Part shown: positions 37,201-49,200 of the stretch, one piece after another
How positions within the stretch are numbered: position 1 is the first letter of the stretch
Layout: the number at the start of each line of letters is the position of its first letter
Origin: Macrostomum hystrix
Lineage: Eukaryota > Animalia > Platyhelminthes
DNA length: 64,000 nucleotides
NCBI GenBank assembly: GCA_950097015.1
Contig: CATNEN010000038.1
Span: 16,182,001 to 16,246,000, forward strand
Direction of reading: 5' to 3'
Made by a program: the position numbers and the translations under genes
Notes under the pieces: model-generated
What the model was told of the DNA's origin: nothing
Database searches by the model: none
The model's input: the letters and a program-made list of their open reading frames with translations, nothing else

Positions 37201-40200
37201 AAGTGTTTCATAATCCGAAGATCTGATTCCAAGCATAAAATAATTTTCCTCAAAACCAACTACCAGTCTTAAATCGAAAAAAATTGTACTTAGTCCCCAA
37301 GTTCTGATCCCAGTTCAGTCCCAAAAATGACACAAAATCGCATAGATGATCCCAAATTCCTAGTACCAATCCCAAGTCTGAAAAATTATATAAAATCTCA
37401 AACAATGACACCTCCAAAGCTAAAAACTCCATTTAAAACTCGCTTTACAACTTCAGGTACGTACTACCCAAGCTGCAGCTGCGCCTGACGTTGCCAGATT
37501 TTGTACACGTGAATGATACAAACTTCAAAGTGGTCGCCGAGCCCAGATACACCTACGACAAGATTGCTCAAGGCGATGTGTCAGTGAATGTCACAGTGCT
37601 GCATGATTGCCAAAGCGTCGGCTTCTACCACCGCTACGGGCCGTGCAATGCGACCCTGATCGGTCGCCGCTTGGGAGCCGGCAGTTCGGGGCCGATTGAG
37701 TTCGAGTTCTCACTGAATGATTGGCGGCGCCAGCTGGCTGCGCGCGGCGACCGGCGAGCCAGATGGGGCGACATCAGGGCCCTGGTTGTCGCGGAGTTTC
37801 GCGAGAAATTCTCAGGCAAATCGTCAATTTTTTAAACTTTTTAATAGATTTGAGGCCGCTCCAATCTGAATGCCCGATAGTAAAACGATATCGCAGATGC
37901 TACCACCTGCAGGGGTCTGTTGCTAAAAATAGTCCTGACGTCACTCATGCGTAGCCCATAAGTAGGAGCGAGAACCACAAAACAGGCAGACTTGCAGCTA
38001 AAAATAGCCATATGACTCATAAGTGCGAGTTAACAAGCACAGCGTGAGTCAGGCATCCTAAAAAAGCAACGGGCAGAATGAGAATCCCATTCTCAGGTAT
38101 ACGTAAGGCATTCCCCACCAATCAGGGTGATAGAGTAACAAGTGTGGGGAACAAGACCTGAAAAGAGATAAAAAAATGGTGGCTAACAATTGCAGCCCTA
38201 ATTGGCGTGGGAATAAAAAGTAGATTGAAAAGTTAGGCTACATTTAACTGGAGACTCGCTTCACTTGTTGTCAGAGCGAATATGTTATCGTAATTAATCT
38301 CAAAATTTCAGGAATTCGAACCCTGGCTAACAAGACATTCACGGTGTACATTGATCGGTATCAACTAGCCATCGATACTGGCAATGTCCCATTTGTGTTA
38401 CCTGGCATGACTGTGCCAGTTCTGGTGCGTTTTTAAAAGTACAAAACTTTAGAAAGATTAGGGCTTAAACTAGTACTTATAGCCCTGTCACTCAAAATTT
38501 TCAATTTAAATTAATTCCTCTATTTAGCAAGTAATCCTGACACTTGTGTTAAGAGTTCCTTAATGAGAGATATAATAATCTCGTTAATAAGTATATTTTT
38601 AATCAATCATATTAGTAATTAAAGTAACAGGCTCAGCTAGATATTTTTTCAACTCCAGGTGGCCCAGACAAAATCCCCTCAGTGGGGTGACAACCTTACC
38701 AGACAAATAATGTCCTACCAGCAGCAGAGACCCAATGTCCCCCCAGCAGCAGAGAGCCAATGTCCCCCCAGCAGCAGAGACCCAATGTCCCCCCAGCAGC
38801 AGAGACCCAATGGCCCCCCAGCAGCAGAGACCCAATGTCCCCCCAGCAGCAGAGACCCAATGTCCCCCCAGCAGCAGAGACCCAATGTCCCCCCAGCAGC
38901 AGAGACCCAATGTCCCCCCAGCAGCAGAGACCCAATGTCCCCCCAGCAGCAGAGACCCAATGTCCCCCCAGCAGCAGAGACCCAATGTCCCCCCAGCAGA
39001 AGAGAACCAATGTCCCCCCAGCAGCAGAGAGCCAATGTCCCCCCAGCAGCAGAGACCCAATGTCTCCTCAGCAGCAGAGACCCAATGTCTCCTCAGCAGC
39101 AGACTCAATGTCCCCCCAGCAGCAGAGACCCAATGTCCTTCTAACAGCAGAGACCCAATGTCTCCCCAGCAGCAGAGACCCAATGGCCCCCCAGCAGCAG
39201 AGACCCAATGTCCTGCAGTGTGTTGTTGGCCCTCAAAGGCGTGAATTGCACGCCAAGCCGCCAAGCCTTCTCTACGCGGCTGCGCCCGAATTAATCGTTC
39301 GAACCCTGTGTCCCTCCCTGCACCTGATGATCTAACTTGATGATTGATAGTCAGAAATGACACCTAGAACCAGTTGAGCTATTGAGTACATCTGTTGAGT
39401 CCATGGACTGGGGGGGCCACGCCTTTGATTCAACAGTTTCAAGCTCACCTGTGACTGTATTCGCAGGTGAAGCTTATTCGGGCGGATGGTCATCCCTACA
39501 CTGGCCCATTGCCCGACGGTGATGTGACGCTCAGCATGAGCTGGTTCCACCGGGGCACCAGAAAATCTCGTCAGCTGCTGCGGCTCAAACCGGATGGAAC
39601 CAGTTCCAGTTGGTCGGTGACCGCCACAGTGCCGAACCTGGCCGATTTCACCACCGTGACCTTTGAGGTGAGCCGCCTTTATTTTACTATGTTTTACGTC
39701 GGTTCTATCAATTCTTCTAGGCTGATTCCATGAATCCTTCTGGGCTGATTCCATCAATCCTTCTGGGCTGATTCCATGAATCCTTCTGGGCTGATTCCAT
39801 GAATCCTTCTGAGCTGATTCCATGAATCCTTCTAAGGTGATTCCATGAATCCTTCTGGGCTGATTCCATGAATCCTTCTGGGCTGATTCCATGAATCCTT
39901 CTGGGCTGATTCCATCAATTCTTTTGGGCTGATTCCATGAATCCTTCTGGGCTGATTCCATCAATCCTTCTAAGCTGATTCCATCAATCCTTCTGAGCTG
40001 ATTCCATCAATCTTTCAGGGCTGATTCCATCAGTCCTTCTGGGCTGATACCATCAGTCCTTCTGAGCTGATTCCATCAATCTTTCAGGGCTGATTCCATC
40101 CATCCTTTTGAGCTGATTCCATCAGTCCTTCTGAGCTGATTCCATCAATCTTTCTGGGCTGATTCCGTCAATCTTTCTGGACTGATTCCATCAATCCTTC

Positions 40201-43200
40201 TGGGCTGATTGATGGAATTGATTGATGGATTGATGAATATTCCTCTCTCCGAAACGTCAATACTTTTTTATGGGCATTAATATAGGTTTCTTTTTTCCCA
40301 CTTAAAGGCAAGCTGTCCCGGACTGCCACACAATGTCTACGCCAGTCTACAGTCATTTCAAACCAGAGGCCAGAGCGCTGTCAGAGTGGAGACCTCGCTA
40401 AGCCCCGAATCCGGCAGTCTCAGAGTTCGCGTGCATCGTGGCGAAGGAATTCAACGTGGAAATGTGTTTTGCGCAGTAAGATTGTTAATTCTACCATAGA
40501 CTAATTGCTTATTTTTATTTGCTCTCTGTAATGACTTAGATCATTAAATTTCGGCGAGTCTACTTAAGATACTTTAAGTTCACGTAAAGCAGCCAGGTTA
40601 ATTCTCGTGAGTTGCATGAATTCCTGGAATATAAAATTTCCAATTTAAATTCCTGAAATGGAAAATAACCAAACTAAATTCCTGGAAAGGTAATTAACCA
40701 AACTGAATTCCTGAAAAGGTAATTAGCCAAACTGAATTCCTGGAAAGATAATTAGCCAAACTGAATTCCTGAAATGGAAATTAACCAAACTGAATTCCTG
40801 GAAAAGTAATTAGCCAAACTGAATTCCTGGAAAGGTAATTAGCCAAACTGAATACCTGGAATGGTAATTAGCAAAACTGAATACCTGGAATGGTAATTAA
40901 CCTAACTGAATTCCCGAAATGGTAAATAACCTAACTGGATTCCCGAAATGGTAATTAACCAAACTGAATTCCCGAAATGGTAAATAACCAAACTGAATTC
41001 CTGGAAAGGTAATTAGCCAAATTGAATTCCCAAATGGTAATTAACCAAACTGAATTCCCGGAATGGTAAATAACCAAACTGGATTCCCGAAATGGTAATT
41101 AACCAAACTGAATTCCCGAAATGGTAAATAACCAAACTGGATTCCCGAAATGGTAATTAACCAAACTGAATTCCCGAAATGGTAATTAACCAAACAGAAT
41201 TCCTGAAAAGGTAATTAGCCAAACTGAATTCCAAATGGTAATTAACCAAACTGAATTCCCGGAATGGTAAATAACCAAACTGAATTCCTGGAAAGGTAAT
41301 TAACCAAACAGAATTCCTGAAAAGGTAATTAGCCAAACTGAATTCCCGGAATGGTAATTAACCAAACTGAATTCCCGGAATGGTAAATAAACCTAACTGA
41401 ATTCCCGAAATGGTAAATAACCAAACTGGATTCCCGGAATGGTAATTAGCCTATTTGAATTCCTGGAATGATAATTAGTCTATCTGAATTCATGGAAAGG
41501 TAACTGGTCAATCTGAATTCCTGGAAAGATGATTAACGTCACCGTTAATTTAGGTGATCAACCACGAAGGCAGCCTGAGCCACTGGCTGCCAATGACGTC
41601 ATTCGGAGGCTCTGAAGAGGCAGCCGATGACTCGACCAGCTCAGCTGAACTCACCGCGGCTCAGGTGGCCGCATTGGCTCCGTCCTTCACTCTGCTTGGC
41701 GTTGGTTTCCATGGCAACGAATTAGTGGCGTCGGCTAAGGTCTATCAGCCAGCAGGCACGTACGATGGGGTGAGTTGAGTACGTAGCCTAAATTATAGCT
41801 TTCGAGAATGCCATCTGCACAGGTCGAGATGCCATTTCCATTTTTATAGTCTCCATTTCTAATTGTGCTAATGCCATTTTAATTATTAAGATGTCATATC
41901 TTACAGACGAGATGCCATTTACAATAGTCGAGACGTCATTTCTAATAGTCAAGATGCCATTTCAAATTGTCCTGACACCATTTCCATTAGTTAAAATTAC
42001 CATTTGTCGAGACACCATTTCCATCAGTCAAGATGCCATTTCCAATAGTCTAGACAACATTTCCATTAGTCTGGATGCCGTTTCCATTAGTCTGGGCGCC
42101 GTTTCCATTAGTCTGGATGCCGTTTCCATTAGTCTGGGCGCCATTTCCATTAGTCGAGACACCATTTCCATAAGTCTAGATGCCATTTCTATTTGTCTGG
42201 ATGCCATTTCCAATTGTCTGGGTGCCATTTCCATTAGTCCAGATGCCATTTTCATTAGTCCAGATGCCATTTTCATTAGTCCAGATGCCATTTCTATAAG
42301 TCCAGATGCCATTTCCATAAGTCCAGATGCCATTTCCAATTGTCTGGGTGCCATTTCCATTAGTCGAGATGCCATTTCCAATAGTCTCGACGCCATTTCC
42401 ACACTACAGCTGAACATCACGTCGAACCTGACTGGTCCGGCGTCGCCTCAGCAGCCGGTGCTCATTCGAGTCGACTCTGGCAGCCCGGACTCATTCGTGT
42501 TCCTGACTGGCATCGATCACTCGGTAAACCTCATGAAGACTGGCCAGGATATCAGTCCGACCGACATCGAACAGCGGGCCGCCGGTAGTAGAAGTCAAAC
42601 AGACAAAGGCGAGAGCAATGGATGGATTAGTAGACCCTGGACTAATGCGAGAAACACGGATGCGGAACTGAAGGTAAGAGCTATTATCGCAGCTCCTAAA
42701 TTTGAATTACTTAACAGTAGAAAGGCCACGCCATTCCCCCTGAGGAAAGAACACGGGGTATTTCAAATGCACACTGCCTACTTCACGATTTATGCAAAAC
42801 TCTAGGAGCTAACTTTCAAAATAGCCCTCCGAGTCAGCATCGTCGAGATATTCAGCAATCTTGTCGAAGACCCCGGAGGCAAGGACAGATAACATCGCTC
42901 TATAAATCAATAATAACAACCGACATGATTGCATAATATAATTTTGTGAGCAGAAAAGTTATGCCTACATTCGCGGTTTTTGCCAACAGACACTTCGACG
43001 AGAATCGTTGATTATCTCGATGATGTTTTGTGATTCTGGAAACCCCCACGTGGTTTTTCAAAAGTTAACGAAAATGTATAATTTCGCATTGTGTTGAATG
43101 TTTGTCAGAAAAGTGGCCTTCTAGCACTAACGGACTTCAAGTACGTCAAGAACGATCCCATCATGTATTTTGTGCAAGCTCTGGAAACGGCAGACGGCAG

Positions 43201-46200
43201 TGTGATGGCCATGGCAAAGTCTGCTGATGCTCAACCTCCCCGAGCTGAACGAGTCACTACTAAGAGTAGTGACAAACCGAAGCTGAGTGTGAGAAAATTC
43301 TTTCCAGAGAGTTTCGTCTGGACTTGGCTGCGAACTGAGTAAGAAATAGTTTTCGCATATTCGATATTATGTGAATTTAGTTTGTTTAGATTTTAAACAA
43401 GTAATAAAGGACAATTTTTTTATCTTTTCAGCGCAAATGGTTCAGCCAATCACACTGTCACCCTGCCGGACACGATCACTTCATGGGATGTGAGTGGCTT
43501 TGCTTTGAGCGCCAGCAAACCCTTGCAGGTAATAATCTGTTTGTTTTCATCTTAGATTGTTTGTTATTTTATTTACCATTGTTGACTGTTTCCGGTGTTA
43601 TGAAGTTCCGGTGTTATGAAGTACCTGTGTTATGAAGTTCCGGTGTTATGAAGTACCGGTTTTATGAAGTTCCGGTGTTATAAGTTCCGGTGTTATGAAG
43701 TACCTGTGTTATGAAGTTCCGGTGTTATGAAGTACCTGTGTCATGAAGTTCCGGTGTTATGAAGTACCGGTTTTATGAAGTTCCGGTGTTATAAGTTCCG
43801 GTGTTATGAAGTACCTGTGTTATGAAGTACCTGTGTTATGAAGTTCCGGTGTTATGAAGTACCGGTTTTATGAAGTTCCGGTGTTATAAGTTCCGGTGTT
43901 ATGAAGTTCCGGTGTTATGAAGTACCTGTGTTATGAAGTTCCAGTGTAATGAAGTACCGGTTTTATGAAGTACCGGTGTTATGAACTTCCGGTGTTATGA
44001 AGTACCTGTGTTATGAAGTACCAGTGTTATGATGTTCCGGTGTTATGAAGTTCCGGTGTTATGATGTTCCGGTGTTATTAGTTCCGCTGTTATAAGTTCC
44101 GGTGTTATGATGTTCCGATTTATGAAGTTTAGGTTTTTTAGTTTCCAGTGTTATCAGGTTCTGTTGTTATGAAATGAGATTCCTACGACATGAATTTTCC
44201 GGTGTTATTATGTTCCAGTTAATGCATTTTCCGATGTTATGTAGTGCGCAGTGCCGGTGTCATTTCGTTCCGGTGTAATGTTGACGTAAAATTCATGATG
44301 TAAAAACGTCCTGAATTTTCCGGTGTTAAAGTGTCGTAACTTTCCTTCCTTTCAACCCATCTTGTCACTCCAGGCCACCGGCAAGCCGTTGAACATCGTC
44401 AGCCGGCGTGCATTCTTCATTCGTCCGGTGCTGCCCTATGCTCTGATTCGCGGAGAAAAATTCCTACTCAAGGTGCTGCTATTTAACTATGGCGATTCTA
44501 AGCTGACGGTAACCGTGACTCTGGCCAATCATAGCAGCCTGCACCTGCTGGGTAACGAAGGATTCCACCGCAACTCCACAGTGCCCGCTGGCGGCTCCGC
44601 CCTTGTTGTGTTCCCAGTTGAACCAATTCAACTGCCGGAGATGCGACTCGCACTGGAAGCTGTCGCTCAGCCTTCGGTGCCATCCTCGGCATCTGGCTTC
44701 GTTGGCGACTCTGTAGAGCGTCGGGTTCGAGTAGAAGCCGAGGGTGCCACGCAGCGTCGAGTGGCAACGGCGCTGTTGAACTTGACTTCGTCCACAGAGC
44801 CGTCGGTTGTCCGTCTGGCTGTTGAATTTCCCAGCCAATTAAAATGGATTGGCGGCAAGCAGCTGGTAGAAGGATCGGAATATGCTCGCGTTCAGGTAAC
44901 TTCAAGATAACTTTTGGCTGACTTACTAATTTTCTGAGGATTGCTTTTCTCGGCGGTTTCCTGTAAATTATTTTTTGCTGTTTTCCGAGAATTATTTTTG
45001 GCGGTTTCCTGGAGATTGGTTTTCTAGGCGGTTTCCTGGGGATTGGTTTTCTAGGCGGTTTCCTGTGGATTGGTTTTCTAGGCGGTTTCCTGGGTATTGA
45101 TTTTCTAGGCGGTTTCCTGGGGATTGGTTTTCTGTGGGTTTTCCTGAAGTTATTTTTTGTTATCAGGCTTTCTGAGAATGGTTGTTCTCATTCGTCTTTC
45201 CGGTTCTCTTCAGTGTAAATATTAGATTTTAAATGCTTTTATCAGACGCCTATTTGCGTGCATTTCCACAGGTAACGGGGACAGTTCTCGGAGCATCCGT
45301 ATCCAATCTTGAACGCCTGCTTCGAATGCCGTACGGCTGCGGTGAGCAGAACATGATCAACTTCGCGCCGGCCGTGTTTGTCTTGGACTGCCTCGGACAG
45401 GAGGCCGCACCGGATGTGCAAGCTAGAGCCATTAGCATCATGAAAACTGGCTACCAGAGGGAACTCACCTACAGGTGCGGAGCCTTGAACATTTTGATTG
45501 GCTAGCATTTCCCACGTGCCTGGACTGAGGTAACTAGACTGAGGGATTTTCCTAGTATGTGTTTCTAAAAATAGAAACATTTTAGGGAGTTTCTAGCCTA
45601 GGGATTCGAATTTCCGTGCTCCTAAATGAATGGTTAGGGGTTCGAATCTCAGGACCCTTAATAATAATAATCATTGCAGGAGGGCTGCTGGCAATGGCAC
45701 ATCTTTTGGTGACAGTAGACCCGTAGCCAGCGAGGAGGCAATTCGATTCTGCCCATTTCGCTGACTCCTGAGCACACACGCACACAGATACTGTACGCAG
45801 GCACACGCTAACTTTCTCATCATCGTCTGACCCGCTGCCAGGGCCGTTTGTTTGCATTGAAACAAATTTTCCAGACGAACCGACGGCTCCTACAGCGCGT
45901 TCGGAAACAGCGACCCGTCTGGCAGCACCTGGCTGACCGCATTCGTGCTGTCAATCTACGCGCAGGCTGCCGCATTCATCCCGATGGATCCGCAGGCTCT
46001 AGCTGGGCCGTCCCTGGATTTTCTCTTATCCCAACAGAGGCCGGATGGCAGCTTCGCGGAGCCCGGCCGGGTGATTCACGCCGAAATGCAGGGCGCCGGA
46101 GCCAGCGGAGCCGCCGGCCTAACCGCCTATGTGTGTGCCTCGCTCGTGCGGCTAATTCAGGTCGGTCTTTTGTGTGCTCAAACAGGTCCACACTGCTCAG

Positions 46201-49200
46201 AGTAACTCTACTGTGTGTATTTCTGTGTTAAATGTGCTCAAACAAGTCCACACTGCTCAGAGTATCTCTACTGTGTGTATTTCTGTGTTAAATGTGCTCA
46301 AGCAAGTCCACACTGCTCAGAGTATCTCTACTGTGTGTATTTCTGTGTTAAATGTGCTCAAACAGGTCCACACTGCTCAGAGTATCTCTACTGTGTGTAT
46401 TTCTGTGTTAAATTTGCTCAAACAGGTCCACACTGCTCAGAGTAACTTGCTAATTAGAAAATGATCTTTTCTACATTACCACAATGCTTTAATAAGCTAC
46501 TTTTTTAATATGCGTATTTAGGACATACTTTCCGAGTCACGGCATAATGCAAGTGACATTACTTTTGGAACACTGCGCGATTCTTATTGATTTGTGTTTT
46601 TTAGTCCCACCTATTTTATTTTATAATCCAGTCGATTATCCCTTCCTGCAGTCCTGCCAGCGTCAACGAGAGCTGCGCTGCTCGGACCTCGCCTCGGCCG
46701 CCGCCTCGTCCAGATTGGCTTCGGCCCTGCGACGTGGCCTGCGCTTCGTCTACGACGATTATAAAAGCCGGCCGGCCGACTTCCGGCCCAGCGACCTCGC
46801 CGTGGCTGCGTACGCGGCCCGCCTAGCCGCCGAGACAGACACAGCTGCCGCCGGTCCTGATGGAGCTAAGGTTAGCCGCACTTTTTTACATTTGGATGCT
46901 TTTTAGAAGTTGTTGCTCGCCAATCTTGTGTGAGATTTTGAATTTTCTAATAGTCTTGAGTGAGGTTTTGAAAACTTAAAACAATCTAGGGCGAGATTTT
47001 GATGTTGTTTAACAATCTACGGTGAGACTTTGAAGTTGACTAACAATCTGGGGTGAGATGGTGATGTTGGTCCACTATTTAGGGTGAGATTTGTTCATTT
47101 CCAACAATCTAGGGTGAGATTTATTAATTGTTCATGTATCTTTGGTAAGATTTTGAACTTGTTCACCAATCTAACGTCAGATTTTCAAGTTGTTTAACTA
47201 TCTAGGATTCTAGGGTGAGATTTTTTCTTTTCCAACAATCTAGGGTGAGATTTTTTTTCCAACAATCTAGGGTGAGATTTTTTTATTTCCAACAATCTAG
47301 GGTGAGATTTTTTCATTTCCAACAATCTAGGGTGAGATTTTTTTATTTCCAACAATCTGGGGTGAGATTTTAAAGCTTTCCAGTGTAAGATTTTGAAGCT
47401 GACAAACTATCTGGGGTGAGATTTTGAAGCTGTCAAAAAATCCAGAGTGGGATTTAAAAGCTTTTCAACAATCTAGGGTGAGATTTAAAAGCTTTCCAAC
47501 AATCTAGGGTGAGATTTAAAAGCTTTCCAACAATCTAGGGTGAGATTTAAAAGCTTTCCAACAATCTAGGGTGAGATTTTAAAGCTGTCTAGCTTTAGGT
47601 GAGATTGTGAAGTTGAATGATGTTTTAGGGTGGGATTTTGAAGTTGAATGATGTTTTAGGGTGAGATTTTGAAGCTGAATGTTGTTTTAGGGTGAGATTT
47701 TGGTGACTTAGATGGTCGTGTTGACTTGGCGGTTTTTCCTCTCGTTTAGGTAGAAAAACTTACTTTCACAAATGCTTATAATTCGAATCCATCTAGGTGG
47801 CCAGCTTCCTATGGATGCAGCTGTTCGAGGTATCCATGTCTAACGACGGCGGTGTCAAACGCTACTGGCCTAGCAGCAGCGGCAGTGGCAGCACTAGCGG
47901 CTCAGCGGAAACCACGGGCTACGCATTGCTGACCGCTTTGGCCCGGGGTAACTTTGAGACGGCCGTCTCGGCTCTCCGCTGGCTGACTAGCCAACAGGGT
48001 GACCTAGGCGGATTCCATTCCACCCAGGACACCGTGGTGGGGCTGCAGGCGATGGCGCAGTTTGCCAAAGGACAGCCCGGTGGTAGCGGCTTCGGCACTG
48101 TTACTGTGAGGAGCCTCGCTGATTTTATTTGACGGGATGTCTATGGGATTAACCATCCATTGTACTATCCTCAATCTATGATTATAAAAGATCCATTCTA
48201 TTCCTTCATCTATGAGAATAGATTAGCAATCCATTCTATTCTTTCATCTATGAAGATAGGTTAGCAAACCATTCTATTCCTTCATCTATGGGAATAGATT
48301 AGCAATCCATTCTATTCCTTCATCTATGGGAATAGATTAGCAATCCATTCTATTCTTTCATCTATGAAGATAGATTAGCAATCCATTCTATTCTTTCATC
48401 TATGAGAATAGATTAGCAATCCATTCAAATCTTTCATCTATGGGAATAGTTAGCTATGCATTCTATTCTTTCATCTATGAGAATAGATTAGTAATCCATT
48501 CTATTCTTTCATCTATGGGAATAGTTAGCTATGCATTCTATTCTTTCATCTATGAGAATAGATTAGCAATCCATTCAAATCTTTCATCTATGGGAATAGT
48601 TAGCTATGCATTCTATTCTTTCATCTATGAGAATAGATTAGTAATCCATTCTATTCTTTCATCTATGGGAATAGATTAGCAATCAATTTAATTCTTTCAT
48701 CTATGGGAATGGATTAGCAATCCATTCTATTCCTCTATCTATGAGAATAGATTAGCAATCCATTCTATTCCTTAATCGATGAAGTTAGATTAGCAATCCA
48801 TTCAATTCTTTCATCTATGAGAATAGATTAGCAATCCATTCTATTCTTTCGTCTATGAGAATAGATTAGCAATCCATTCAAATCCCTAATCTATTGGAAT
48901 AGATTAGCTATCGATTCTATTCCTTTATCTATGGGAATAGATTAGCAATCCATTCTATTCCTTAATCGATGAAGTTAGATTAGCAATCCATTCTATTCCT
49001 CTATCTATGAGAATAGATTAGCGATCCATTCTATTCCTTAATCGATGAAGTTAGATTAGCAATCCATTCAATTCTTTCATCTATGAGAATAGATTAGCGA
49101 TCCATTCTATTCTTTCATCTATGAGAATAGATTAGCAATCCCTAATCTATGGGAATAGATTAGCAATCCATTCTATTCCTTCATCTATGGGAATAGATTA

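Noticed and set aside
38599-39363. Gln/Pro-rich and Gly/Trp-rich repeat ORFs
   Set aside because: 25-bp intronic minisatellite; the period is not a multiple of 3.
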